The position numbers were made by a program, and so were the translations under genes. The notes under the pieces were generated by a model. The model did not search any database. It was given only the letters and a program-made list of their open reading frames with translations, and was not told where the DNA came from. Positions 37,789-61,705 of a stretch of DNA of 64,000 nt are shown in pieces. Position 1 is the stretch's first letter, and each line of letters starts with the position of its first letter. The stretch is from the human T2T-CHM13v2.0 reference genome, Homo sapiens, in NCBI RefSeq assembly GCF_009914755.1, contig NC_060927.1. The stretch is one strand, 5' to 3'.

Positions 37789-40557
37789 GATACTGTTAAT
37801 GATAATGACAAAGACCTTCCTATATGCTTCACACTTCATCAAAAGTACTTTCTTTAATCCTTTAGGCAACTCTATGACTATTTCCAGTTTGATAATAATA
37901 AAAATGACTAATATTTACTGAGGGATTTGCACATGCCAGACACTGTTCTATGTGCTTTCCATATCTTAACTCATTTCATTCTCACACAACCCAATGATGT
38001 ACAAACTATACAAAATGTAATAATATTCCCATTCTATAGAAGGGAAGCTGAGGCACAGAGAGGTTAGGTGACTTGCCCAGGGTCACCAGCTGGTGAGCCT
38101 TGAACCCAGAGTCACCTTGCCTTGAGGCTTTCACAATCCCCACTTTTCCTTCCTCTGTGAAGTGCTGATAGACTTCCTGTACCTCCTCAGCTTCCTCCAG
38201 GCACCACTCCTGTACTGGGCATAGAGAGGGGATGTAAGCCAATTAGTTCAAAACAGAAATGTGCACGTGCACACAGATGCTCTGGTGTGAGAGGAGAGAC
38301 CAGCAGAGTCCCCTGCAGGAATTCACGAAAGGTTTCCCAGAAGCGGGCAGCACGTGAGCATGGTCCTTGGGTAGAAACGATTGGGAAGGGCCTTCCAGGC
38401 CAGGGGAACAGCATATGCAAAGGCATAGTTATGGAGAAGAACATGAGTCCTTTGAGAAACTCACAGAAAAGTTCATTCACACATAGAGGGATGATATCAA
38501 GCCACTCCTCCTTGTTCCCAAAACTGTAGGCAGCCACTTCTAGTGAGAGAATCGTGGACAGCTGGGTCTCTTCACCCTTGCCCCCTGCCTTAGGGTTCTC
38601 TATCTTTCTGTCTCTCTATCCCTCTCTCTATCTCACTCTCTCACTTTCTCTTGGCCCTTATTTGTCTAAGTTTATCCCAAGCAGCACAAGACATCTTGGC
38701 ACCACATTAAAATCCTTGGGCAAGAAAATAAATTATGATATGGATAACATAAACGTCATTGGGGAAGGTCTGGGCACATCATGTAACTTCCCGAAGGGCC
38801 AACTGCCCTCCAGGCTGGCCTGGCCCCAGCTCCCAGGCCTCTGCCAGCTGCTGTGGTCTGAGCCAGCGGGTTGAGGGCATTGAGGTTGGCACACCCTGTC
38901 TGCTGGCACAGAGAAATGAGGGTGATGACAGACAGCCTGGCAGAGCCTTGCCTGGAGGATGGAGGGAGGGTGTGCTGGGCTGGGCAGTGTCTGAGGGAAG
39001 CAGGTGGCAGTTGCTGTGGCCCTGTCAGGAAGGAAGCAGGGAATGAAGAAGGAAGAGAAAACGAGGGGAGAAAGGAAGAGGAAGAGGGAGGGAAAGAATG
39101 ACAAGAAAAAAGCGAAGATGGAGCAAAAGTCGACCTGGGTTTGAATCCCAGCCCTGCCACCTGTGGCCACGTGAACCTTGGGCGGGTCACTTAAATTCTC
39201 TGAGCTTCAGTTTCCTTATCTGTGAAATGAGATAATTATAGTACTCACCTCTTAGGTTGGAGGGTTAAATAGCTTAATATTTGGAAAGTGTTAGAACAGC
39301 GCCTGGCACAGGGGAAGGACTATGTAAATGTTTGTTAAATAAAGAAAAAGGAAGAGCAGTGTAATTCACATGCCTTGGCTGTTGTGTTGCGCTGAGTCAG
39401 ACAATAGCATGAGGGTGTGAGGATCCAATCTGGTGTCATAGAAATAGCTTTGAGAGTCATGGCCTTGCCAGATGGGATGTCTCCAAAAAGAACTCAGAAT
39501 AGAATCACATAGCAACTAGATTCATTAAATCCAATAGTGGGTGGGGGAACAGCCTCAGCAAACCTGAAAAGCAGGAAACATGGAATTGACTTGGGAGATG
39601 TGAGCTTCAAAGCCAATCAGTTTGCAGGTAGCGGGCTGGCATTGTCTTTGACAAAGCAGGACCACTCCAAGCCCATTGGGGCCTGTGGCAAATGGGAAAG
39701 AGGCACCACTCCCTTCTCTCCCATGGACAAAACCTTGTGCTGGCACTCAAGCCCTGCATTTGGCAAATGGGGCACATACTGGATTTCAGCATCCACTTAC
39801 CCCCACCCCCACCCTACTCCCAACTATGCTGCATACAACCTGCACGGTGGCCCTAAGTGCAGGGAGGAGGAGAATCAAGAGCACAGCATGGTCCTCAGGT
39901 CACGAGAAAAAGTCACGCTGGTTGTCTGCAGCTTCAGATCTCATTCCCTGACTTACATCTTCAGAGATACGCACCTTCAGCCAGTTGAGAAGTTAACCTC
40001 AATTTTAACCCAGATTTGAAACAATCTGTGTGTATATGGTATTTTAAGTATTTGAGGGATTTAAGAGTGTTTGGCATATTAGAGCATCTAACACATTCAT
40101 CTCATGACTCCAGTTTAAAATCTGTAACTCAACAAATGACTTAGGCTTGTGATTTTAAGTTCATTCAACAAACTATGTATTAAGCACCTACCTACATGAG
40201 TGCCTGAGATAAACAAAACAGACATTGATCCTTGCCCTCAGGGAGATGACATTCGCATGGAGAGACACAGATCCTAAACAATTAATATACTAAATAAGTA
40301 TGTTATATAGCACATTAGAAAATGGTAAGTACTATAGAAAAAAAAAACAGAGTAAAGAGAACAAGGAGTGCCAGGTTGCAGAACTTATAGCGTGGTCAGG
40401 GTAGGCCTCATTGAGAAGGCAACATTTGAGAAAAGACTTGAAGAAAGTGAGCCATGTGGATCCCTTGGGGAAGAGCATTCCAGGCAGAGGGAACAGCCAC
40501 TGAAAAGTCCTCATGTGGAAGTGTGCAGGGCAGTTTGCAGAAAAAGTAATGAGGCCA

Positions 40558-43309
<2,752 letters not shown>

Positions 43310-43313
43310 GTAA

Positions 43314-43941
<628 letters not shown>

Positions 43942-44577
43942 GTGATGAGGCCAGTGTGGCTGGAGCAGAGGAAGTGAGGGAGAGAGTTTTGGGAAATCAG
44001 GTGTGAGAGCCCAAGGGTGAGGGGAGGTCATAGCCATTGAAGGGACTTTGGCCTTTACTATGAGTGAGGTGGGAGCTGGGGGAAGTGCTGAGTAGGGGAG
44101 GGACAGGATGTGACCTCTGACTGCTGGATTGGGAAGAGACACGGAGGTCGGAAATGCCAAGTGTGCATGGCACATAGTAAACCCTTCAGAAATTCAGGTG
44201 ACAGGATGCATGTAGAGTCCCTGGAAGGAAACACCAACTGTAACAGCGGGCACCTCTGGGGAGGGAAACTGGAATGGTGGGGAGACTGACTTTCCACAAC
44301 GTAGGCTTTTTTCCTATGATTTGAATGGCTTTTTTCCTCTATATGTATTTTTCTTAAAAATATCTAAATCAAAAAAATTAAGGAAAAGGAAAATAGGAGA
44401 AGACTGAAAAATCAGCAGAAAGCAAAACTGCGGATGGGGTCCCCAAGCCACCCCTTTCTCCAAAGTTGTTTCCCCTTCATGCACCTGTTTGCTCTTCTGC
44501 GATAAGGGAGGCACTTGACAGGCTCAAAAGCCTCATGCCCAGGGAAGTCGTTTGCCCCAACTCGTAGCCTCAAATGA

Positions 44578-46209
<1,632 letters not shown>

Positions 46210-46211
46210 AT

Positions 46212-46229
46212 TGGCGTAGTTAGCAGCTG
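46212..46229 (+). promoter_or_regulatory. Retroviral primer-binding site, tRNA-Ser type
   Basis: TGGCGTAGTTAGCAG versus the complement of the tRNA-Ser 3' end, TGGCGTAGTCGGCAG(GAT): 13 of the first 15 match, and the two mismatches fall on a CpG (CG>TA). Confidence 0.8.
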
Positions 46230-50200
<3,971 letters not shown>

Positions 50201-50419
50201 CATTGCCTAAATCTGTGCTGGCACATAATGGGCCCTCAACAAACATTTATTGAAGGCTCAATGAGTGAATGTGCAATCTCAGGCAAGTTGATTAATCTCT
50301 CAGCATCCATTTCCAGTTCTGTAAAATGGGGATGATAACAGCCCACACCTCACAGAGTAATGGCCAATGCTGGTGTCCCTGGCAGGGAGGGGGGTTCGAG
50401 GGGGAAGGCAGAGGAGACC

Positions 50420-50740
50420 TCTCTCCATGAAGTCATTCATTCACAATAAAGCCACTGTCATTTTCAATATGGAGCTTCCAAGGTCACGTGGGAGTTGGTG
50501 TCCAGCCAATAGATGGAAGAAGAGAGAATGGAGAAAGTACCTCCACTTCTCATCCATTTGAGCGGAAGCAACTCATCACTCTCTCTCACCTTCATTGGTA
50601 AGAACCAGTCACACAGTCCCTCCCAGATGCAGGGAGGGCTGGGAAGTGCAGCCCCTGGCTTGGCAGCCACATCCCTTTAACAGCCTACACCAGGAAGAGA
50701 AGCATACATCTCTGGTGGACAGCTGGCCATCCCTGCCTGA
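50420..50740 (-). mobile_element. MLT1 (MaLR) LTR fragment
   Basis: cattggtaagaaccagtcaca..agggagggctgggaagtgcag motif. Confidence 0.6.
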
Positions 50741-50755
50741 AATTCTTTCTCAGGT

Positions 50756-51302
50756 TGAAACCATCCTTACAGGGATAACAAGCATCACATGCTGGGTTCT
50801 GGGCAGAAATATAGTTTATAATTAAGTGTTAATCAGGCTGCGCTTTGGCCCACTTCTTTGGAACCAAAAGTCATGTTAACACTAGACACTGACCATTTGC
50901 AAACCCATTGTTCCTATAAGTAGGACCACTGAGGTTAGAATCATAAGGCTTTTATTTAAGAATTGCTTAAGATGTTCTTCAGTGCGCAAATTCCAGCAGA
51001 GTGGCAGAGGACAGCCAGCATGAAGACCCCCACAGAGGAACGGGATCAGCATGAGAATGCAGTTTCTTCATCTCCCTGTCCCAAGACTTCACCCTGCACT
51101 CTTCGACCAATCAACGACCTCCCCACTTTGGCCCACTCCAAACCCCTTAAAATCCCTAGTCCTAAATTCTTTGGGGAGGCAGATTTGAGGTTTCCTCCTG
51201 TCTCCTTGTTTGGTTACCCACAATTATTAAGCTCTTTCTCTGCTGCAATCCCTGGTCTTGGTATACTGACTTGCTGTATGTCAGGCAAATGATCCTATTA
51301 CA
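50756..51302 (+). mobile_element. ERV1 solo LTR (LTR35-like, unverified)
   Basis: TGAAACC...TTACA, 547 bp, near-TSD aggt/aagt. Confidence 0.82.
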
Positions 51303-51494
51303 AAGTGAGTTCCAAACTCCGTGAAAACCTCTGGCTGAGCCTTTGTCAGGCTGTCAGGTTACCAAGTTTAGCAAGCTGGTGTGAGAGGCTCCATCCAAAT
51401 ACCCACAGTGTGTAACCCAGTTGATACCTAGTGTCACCAGCCCAGGGAGAAGATCCCCCTGGATTAAAAAAGAAAATCTCATGGCCTCAGCTCC

Positions 51495-51498
51495 TCCC

Positions 51499-51529
<31 letters not shown>

Positions 51530-51571
51530 TGCTCTCTTTCTCTGCTCCCTCCACACCTCTCTCTTTCTCTC
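51495..51571. repeat. (CT)n microsatellite/pyrimidine tract
   Basis: Read directly from the sequence. Confidence 0.9.
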
Positions 51572-51785
51572 AGTCATGAGAACACAAGCTGTCCTAGCGT
51601 ATCTTTAGGGTTAGGTTTCTGCCTAGTACTTTCCTGCCCAACAGATCAACCCAGTATGGCTAAACACAGCGAACTTGCAAGGATCATAAGACGCTAAAAA
51701 TGATGAAAGACGTGAAAAAGCATCTGGGAGAGGCCAGGGTTTTCCCTACACGTTAGGGCTCCTTTCCCACTGCCTTTGCGGGTAG

Positions 51786-52280
<495 letters not shown>

Positions 52281-52574
52281 CAGATAATTGTCTTAATCCA
52301 AATGCTACAACATTTGCCATCTAATCCAGATTTAAAACCCAGCTAGGCCCTGTCTTTGTGCAGCCTCCCACACCCCCACTGGCCTCTCATCTCTGCAGAG
52401 CCTTCTTTCTTCTCTAAAGCTCCTGTGCCCATCTCTGATAAGCTCCTCAAAATCACTGTGCACAGGGTATCTTCTGGGAAGAGAGAGAGGCCTCCTGTGC
52501 TAGGCACTGGCCCACATGGGCTGAGAGTTAGGAGGCTGGTTTCAGGAGGGGAGTCACTTGTTACAGAGCTGCAG

Positions 52575-53385
52575 AGTTGGCTATTGCTGTGTAACAAACA
52601 TCCCTAAACTTACTGACTTTCAACAATAAGCATTTACTTTTCTTAGTTCACAGATCAGCTGGGCAGTTCTTCTGGCCTTGGCTGGGCTTTCTCGTGCATC
52701 TGAGATTGGCTGTGGACTGAGGGCAGGGGCAGCCCTGCGGGTCTTAGCAAAGCTCTCTCACCTATTCTGGGGCTGACTGGTCTAGAATGGCCTGAACCAG
52801 GATAAATGAGTTCTCCTCCATGTGCTCTGTCAACTGCCAGCAGGCTGGCCCAGGCTTATTCACAAAAAGATAACAAGCAGAAGCACAAGAGGTCACTTGA
52901 GGCCTAAGCTCATACTGTCACATTATCACTTCTGCTGCATTCCAGCCTTTTACTGGCAACTCCCAAGTCCAGCCTAGATTCAAGGAGAAATAGACCCACC
53001 TCTTTCTGGAAGGAACTAAAAGAGGCAGAGGGTTTGCTAGGCTGCCATGACAATGTACCACAGACTGGGTGGCTTAAACAGCAGACATTTATTTCCTCAC
53101 ACTTCTGGAGGCTGAAAGTCCAAGATCAACGTGTTAGCAGGGTAGGTTTCTTCCAAGGCCTCTCTCCTTGGCGGTCTTTGCCTTGTGTCTTTACGTGTTT
53201 TTCCCTCTGTGTGTGTGTGTCCTAATTCCCTCTTCCTATAAGGATCAGGGCCCTCCCTAATGACTTTGTTTTAACTTAATCACCTGTTTAAAGACCCTGT
53301 CTCCAAATACAGTCACATTCTGAGGTACTGAGGGTTATGGCTTCACCATAGGAATGGGGGGTGGGGCACGACTCAGCCCATGATA
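52575..53385 (-). mobile_element. MaLR LTRs: older MLT1 (about 52575-53025) and MLT1B-like (about 53030-53385)
   Basis: gctattgctgtgtaacaaac; gtaccacagactgggtggcttaaac..tctggaggctgaaagtccaagatcaa..ccaaatacagtcacattctgagg. Confidence 0.8.
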
Positions 53386-54399
53386 GAGACTGGGCCATTT
53401 TTGTGCTCAGTATACCACCAATACCTAGCTCTATTCTAACTAAAATGATAACCCTGCAAGGTGGCTGTTAGTCACCAATTTACACATCAGGAAGCTGATG
53501 TTTGGAGAGTGTAAGGGACTTGTGGGGCCAGGATGGAAGCCTTGGTCCTCCTGACTGACAGGCTTTCACATTCTCTTTTCCCCACACTAGTGTGTAGCAG
53601 GAGCAGGCCCTAGGCTGGACATGGGTCATCTGGAAAGCTAGTTGTTCCTCTGGCACAAGCTGATAGGAGGAACAGGGCAGGAGCCAGCCACGTGGTGCCT
53701 CCAGGGTCCTCTTCCCCGCTGGACCCTGCCTCATGGCAAAGCAGACACAGAGAACACCCAGTTCTCCTTCCCTTTCCCTGAAAGCATGCTGTCATTTCTC
53801 AGAAGTGTGACCCTTGAGTTCGAGACCCTAGGCGCACTTCACAGAGCCTTGGGCTGAGTGCCATTCATGGTCAGTTCCAGACACAGGTTTCTAGCACTGA
53901 TGGTGTCTTTCCCTCATTCTAATCAGACTGTGTTCTATTTATGGCAGAAGCTGTGCCACTTTTCTGCCACCCTACCTATGCACCTGCCATTCCTCTGCCT
54001 AGTGTGCCCTTCCCTCTTCTCCTATCTCCTCTGAGCCTGACAAATTCCCATTTCAAAGGGTCTGCTCTGCTCTAACCCTCCCAGACAGAGATGACACTTC
54101 ATCCCTTGTGAGTCCTCAATTACATATATATATGTCCCAGGTCTGTCACCCCAATTAGACTGTGGGCTTCTCCAAGGACGGAGCCCTGTTTTAGTCATCC
54201 ATGCATCAACCACATCCCAGCTGTGAGAACTTGAGTAAGTTATTTGCCTTCTCTGTGTATCAGTTTCCTCACCTACAAAATGGTAATAATAAGAACCTTC
54301 CTCTTATTGCATAAGGATTAAAAGAGTTAATAGGTGCAAAGCACATAGAACAGCGCTTGGCACTCAATAAATGTGTGAGCTATTAGTATTTTCTGTTCT

Positions 54400-54708
54400 T
54401 CTTTTTTTTTTTTTTTGGTTTATTTTTTGAGACAAAGTCTCTGTCACCCAGGCTGTAGCAGTGGTGCAATCATGGCTCACTGCAGCCTCGACCTCCTGGG
54501 CTCAAACGATCCCACCTCAGCCTTAGAGTAGTTGGGACCACAGGCGTGCACCATCATGCCCAGCTAAATTTTTTTCTAATTTTATTTTTTGTAGAGACGG
54601 TGTATCCTTATGTTGCCCAGGCTGATCACCAACTCCTAGGCCTAGGCAATCCACCCATCAGCCTCCCAAAGTGCTGGGATTATAGGCATGAGCTACCGCA
54701 CCCAGCCT
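54400..54708 (-). mobile_element. Alu (AluJ-like)
   Basis: Antisense Alu. Confidence 0.9.
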
Positions 54709-55212
54709 ATTATTTTCTTCATTACTTTCTAGAGTGCTGCATAGGACCTTATAAATGTGAGCTATTACGCTTTTTGTTATTATCCCTCAGTGCCCTGCAC
54801 GGGGTTGGGCCCAGGAATTATTTGCTGAATGAATTAATTACTGTGCTATGAATGACCTTCACCTTCATGAGCAGAAGACCATGTGTGGGGACCGTAAGAC
54901 TTCAATCAGGGATAAAACAGGAATATCACCAAGTGCATTAGACATTTTAATAAGAGCCTTCTCCGCGCCCCCGTGGTGTCTGGCCGCTGTCTTCCGCTCC
55001 TATTTTTGTTTGGGCCTGGGTGGCACTTTGAGGATCAGAATTTGGGGCATCGTCTTCTGCCTGCGTCCTGAGCCTATGCTCCCAGCCGCCTGCTTTAAAT
55101 AGCCTCTTCCTGTTCACTGTTCTTACTCAGCCTGGAGCAACCAACCTTTCCGGCACGTTGAGACCCCGAGTCCGGGAGCAAATCCCACCTGAGCGCGAGC
55201 GCGCGGCTCCTC

Positions 55213-55231
55213 CCGCCAGCAGGGGGCGCCC
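55213..55231 (+). promoter_or_regulatory. Strong CTCF motif in a small CpG-rich patch
   Basis: CCGCCAGCAGGGGGCGCCC contains a perfect CCASYAGRKGGCRC core. Confidence 0.8.
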
Positions 55232-55292
55232 GACACTTGCCTTCCCCCACGAGAGGCCCGGGGCGCTCCGGGTGGAACTTGAAAGAATTCTG

Positions 55293-55593
<301 letters not shown>

Positions 55594-55979
55594 TTAACCC
55601 CATTCGAGGCAGGTGTGAAATGATGGGTTGGAGGCACTAGTCTGTTTTCTTTAATAGGCTTTTAAATAAACACTGCATCGTTAAAGCTTAAACCTATGGA
55701 CCGCTCAGAATCACTCTGTGCAGAACCAGGGGCCAACCTACCACAGCTGTGGCAGAGGGGGGCCACCCAGCAAAGGACCGTGCAGTCGGGGAATAAAAGC
55801 TGCCATCCAGGGTTGCGCATAAAGGGAGGTGAGGGATCTCTCCCAGGTCAAGAACGGCCCGGATCTGCTATAAATGCTTAGAGAAGCTCTAGCAGAACAC
55901 TCGAGAAACTCGTCAAAGTAGCTACCTCTGGATCTTCTGGATTTTTTTACTTTAAAAAATAAGTCTCTCTTTATCTGTC

Positions 55980-56274
55980 TTTTTTAACAGACAGGACCTC
56001 ACTCTGTTGCCTAGGCTGTAGTGCAGTGGTGTGATTATAGCTCACTGCAGCCTCAAACTTTCTGGGCTCAAGCAATCTGCCCACCCCTGCCCCTCGAGTA
56101 GCTGGGACTATGGGCATTTGCCACCACACTCGGGTAATATTTTAATTTTTTGTCGAGATAGGGTCTCACTCACTGTGTTGCTCAGGTTGGTCTCCAACTC
56201 CTGCCTTCAAGTGATCCTCCCAACCTCAGCTTCCTAAAGCACTAGGACTACAGGCTGAGCCACTACACCAAGCC
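55980..56274 (-). mobile_element. Alu (AluJ-like)
   Basis: Antisense Alu. Confidence 0.9.
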
Positions 56275-57849
56275 AAAATAAGTCATTTCTAAAATTTGTC
56301 ATGGGATTAGAGAAAATTAAATTAAATTAAAATATAAAAATAAGTAAGTCTTTAAAAAAAAAGAAACAAGAATAAGTTAACAGAAGGAGGTGTTCAAGTG
56401 GAGACACCAGTGCCACAGCTCTGACTTTGGCTAAGAGTACCCAGCCCTGTGCAGACTGGAGAGGTGCAGAATTGGGGGTGGGGCACCTGGGGTTCTGGTT
56501 ACCTAAGACCATCTGACCTCTGCATGGGATACTTAGGCTTTCACAGGGCTCATCCAGGGGAGTTCCTGCAAACTATCATGCCCCTTTCTCGGAGTTCCAG
56601 CCCTGCCAGGGGCTTTCTGAAGACTTGTTGGCTGTCATCCCATTCCTAGGTGCCTCGTCCTGCAAGAGAACCAGGCTGAGCCTGCCCAGGGCAAGCAGGA
56701 GGCGAGGAAGGGCCCAGTCTCTGTAGAGTTGGAGAAGGCAGCCTGCGGGCTCCTCTGCAGTGAGCTCACAGGGCCTGGGAGCCCAGAGGGCAGAGCAAGG
56801 ATCCACAGGGATGTCAGGGGGCAGTCAGAGGGTGCCAGGTCTCAGCTCAGAGAGAAAAACACTTTCTTCCCGGCAGAGCTGTGCTGGTTAGAACAGCTGT
56901 GCTGTGTCTGAGGGAATGAGGTCCCCATCCCTGGAGGCAGGCAAGCATGGACTGAGGAAATGTCGGGTGAGGGAGGTTAGGGAGAATTTTCCTACCTGCA
57001 CTGACCTTTAGGCCTCTTTGAGTGCTGAGCTTTTGTGATCCAATTCCCTGACACAAGCCCTTCCTCCTCCTCGTTTGCTGGTGGGCAAAATGTGAGGGAA
57101 GGTGAAAGACGCCCTTTGCCTCCACGCCAGCTCCTTGCCTCCCAAAGAAGACCCTAGATGGACTGGGAGCACTGCCGTGTAATGATTAGGGAGATCCTCA
57201 GGGTCGTCTGACATCAAAGTGTTGTTTGGTGCAAGAACTTGGTCTTTCAAAAGTACTTTCGGGAGCAGCTGGGTGGAAAAAAAAAGCAACTTTAGGAACT
57301 TGTGGGAACACTTGCTACCTCCAACCAGTGCCTCTCAGAGCAAATGTGGGGCCTCCGTCTGTTCAATGGCTCTTAGTTGGGTCTCCTGCACGCCTTGAGC
57401 CTCCAGGATATAAAAACTGCAATGAATTTAGTTCAATTCAAAATAAGTTTAAATTTTAAGTTTTGTGATAGGTAATAACAATCGTATGGTTTCAATTCAA
57501 AAGGTGGGTAGGTGAGGTCATTTAGCCAAAAGTGAGTCTCACTTTCATACTTCTCCAGGCCAGCAGGCCCTCTCCAGGGCAACCACCAATGCTTGGCATC
57601 CTCCCAGAATTCATCTGTAAACGTGCAAACAAATACATACCTCTCTCATGAAATGTGTTTTGAGCACCTGCTAAGTATAGGGGTGAGGGGTGAGGGAGCC
57701 CAGACTAGGGAGTCAGCCAGCCTAGGTTCACACACCAGTTGGTAATATTTGGCTGTGCCTGCTGGCTAAGAGCAAACGATTACTTCCTGGGGACAGGCAC
57801 TGCTCTGTGATCTTGCAGTGTGCTCTCTCATTCAATTCTCATCATGTGC

Positions 57850-58930
57850 TAGTTGGAGGCCTTTGCAAAACAGACACCAATGTGGGATCAGACGTGCAAG
57901 AGATTTATTGGGGAAAATACCTGTGAAGGAAAATGGGGAAGGAACTACTTGAAGGTGGCCAGGTTTAGCAAACAAAAATACAGGACATCCAGTTAAATTT
58001 GAATGTCAGATAAACAATGAATACATTTTACTATAACTACGTCCCATGCCATATGTCCCATGCATACTCATATTTAAAAGTATTCATCGATAATCTGGCA
58101 TTCTAATTTGACTGAGCATTCTATATTTTGTCTGGAGGCAACTGGGAGAGTCATCAGACCATGAAGCAGGTCCGACCTCTGTGGGAAGGAGAGAAAAAGA
58201 AGGAAGGTGGGGAGGGTAGTGGGCTGATAATGGCCCCCAAATATGCCCGTGTCCCAATCCCCTGAACCAAGGAATGTGACCTTACATGACCAAAGGGACT
58301 TCGCAGATATAATTAAGCTAAAAATCTTGAGGAGATTATCTTGGATTATCCAGGTGGCCCTAAATGTAATCACAAGCATCCTTATAAAAGAGGGAAGCAA
58401 GAAGGTCAAAGAAGGAGGTGAAATATGTAGCGATGACAGCAAAAGTGACTCAAGCAGGGGCCATGATGACCACCAAGGAATGCAGGCAGCCTCCAGAAGC
58501 TGAAAAAGGCCAGCAAACGAATTTGCCCCAAAAGCCTCCAGAGGAACCAACCCTGCTAACACCATGGCTTTAGCCCAGTGAAACTGATTTCCACCATCTG
58601 GTGTCCAGAACTGCAAGATAATAAATGTGCATTGTTTTAAACCACTAACTTTGTGCTAGTTTGTTATACAGCAAAAGGAAACTCATACAGATAGGAAAAA
58701 TCTCAAATTGCAACGCAGTTCTAAGTGTCAGCAAGGCCCATGGCAAGTCCTGTCTTACAGGGAGAGGCCTGCATTAGAATCCTTGACACTCAGTCACTGG
58801 CTGGGAAGAGCCCGTGGGAACCTGTTCTCAATGCAAATGTACTTCCTTCAGAGCAAAGCAGTTGAACCAATCAATTACACTCCCATCCTTGGAAATTTGA
58901 GAGATGGATTTTTATGGCTGCCATATACTG
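57850..58930. mobile_element. Old ERVL-type LTR (LTR16/LTR33-like) with a nested MER53-like hAT MITE (about 57954-58145) and an MLT1D-like LTR (+, about 58216-58690)
   Basis: gtgcaagagatttattgggg; aaaatacaggacatccagttaaatttgaat; aatggcccccaaa..aatgtgaccttacatg..ccagaactgcaagataataaat. Confidence 0.7.
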
Positions 58931-59019
58931 CAACCCTATTATTCTCATTCTACCACCAAGAAACCAGTGCCCAGAGAGGTTAAGAAACTTGACAAGGTCA
59001 CACAGCCTTTAAGTGTGGG

Positions 59020-59218
59020 CCTCAGACCATTCATGGTGGTGGTGGTGGGGCCGTCCTGTGTATTGTAGGATGGTTAGCAGCATCTCTGGTCTCCATCCTG
59101 TAGGTGCCATTCTACCCTCCCATCTATGGCTACCCCAGATGTCTCCAGACGGTTTCAAATATCATGGAGCAAGGGAGTGGTACGTGAGCAAAACCACCCT
59201 AGTTGAGAGCCATTGGTC
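59020..59218 (+). mobile_element. MER20-like hAT MITE
   Basis: ccgtcctgtgtattgtaggatggttagcagcatc..gtctccagac..gttgagagccattg. Confidence 0.75.
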
Positions 59219-59370
59219 TACAATTGTGGAAATGTTTGAGGGTGAGAGTGTCGAGCTTGGGTCCCTGCTGTACCCTTTATGAGCAATGCGGTCTTGGAAA
59301 ATTAATACTACTCCAGGGGCCTCAGTTTTCTCATCTATAAAATGGAGATAAATGAGATACACTTTCATAG

Positions 59371-59738
<368 letters not shown>

Positions 59739-61074
59739 CATAGCATTGTAACACAGACAAAGCACAAAATACTTGGGCAATATCTTTTTACATTTGGCTT
59801 GTCTAGACTCCATCCTCCATCCCCTCATGCGCTGGTACGGTGCAGACCAGAATATCACCCACCTAGACTGCAGAGTGGATTTGGGTGGCATCTTGGCTTT
59901 CTGCACAAGACTTGCCTGTTCCCCACCACATCCCCCTGGTTCTCAGGGTCCAGGATTCCAGGAGGCAGGGATGTGGGCAGGCAGGGCAGATGGCCCACCC
60001 AGTTCACTCCCACGCTGGGGACCTGCAGAGCCGGCTCTCCAAGACAGGGTGTTTTGACCAGCATCCAGGTTTCTGGATTTCCATTTGAGCACAGCTGGAC
60101 TACACAGGCTGAAGCTGTCTCTGCTGAGATATAGGTATTTCCCTGGCGATGACCTTTCAAGCTGACATGAAGACATGGCCACCCGCTAGAACGTGGTGTG
60201 TCTGCCGTGGCGCTCTTGTAATTTGTGAGGCAGGCTCCTGACGAATGCAGTGCGTAAGTGGGAAATGGTGGGAAGTTCTCTCATCCCCCCCTGGCCAAAA
60301 GTGCTGCCTGCGCAGGTTGGTGGACGGTCCTTTGAGCAGGAAGAAGACACGGAGCACATTCCTGTTAGCTACGACAAAGAGGGGCAGGGTACATACTGGA
60401 CATTTCAAGCCCCTGCAGAGAAGCAAGTCTTACTGTGCTGGGAGTACTTGTGGAGTGGGGGCTGTGTTGCCCTGGGCTTTAATTATTTCAGGAACATTTA
60501 ACCGCAGGGCCGGCAGGCTGGATCTTGATATGTGTTTCTCAGTTGGAAAGACTTTGGACCATAGGGAAATGTCTTCTCAATTCTTTTAATTTCATTAAGG
60601 TGGTCAGTTTTCTTCTTGTGGCCTCTGGAATGTGACACAGAACTCAAGGGACAGGAAGGAGATGAGTTGGAGGCTGGGACAGGGGTCCCTGCCAGGGATG
60701 CTGGTGACTCACATGACGGTGTTGATGTGTGGAGTCCGGTGCCTGGTTTGGGGAATGTTTGTGGGATATGTTCCAAAGCACTGATGGACCTATCAGGTAC
60801 TGGAGGTGAATGGTCAAGTCTGATCTCAGGGCTGGTAGTGTCAGGCAAGGACAGGAAGTCGACATTGGACTCATTGGCTGAGGTTGCTTGGGACCCAGGG
60901 GGCAATGTGTGCCAGGACAGATGGGTCTGGGGCTAGGAAGGCAGGTTTGGGCTGGAGACTCGGGCTTGGGAGGCATCCCAGGTAGACAATGGTTGAGGCT
61001 GTGGAAATGACTGTGATTGCCTGGGTTGAGAGTGGAGACAGACAAGATGGGGGTTTTGCTCTAAGCCTGGGGAC

Positions 61075-61705
<631 letters not shown>

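Noticed and set aside
46212-46229. tRNA-Ser similarity as a tRNA gene
   Set aside because: Only the complement of the tRNA 3' end is present, directly after an LTR; it is a PBS.
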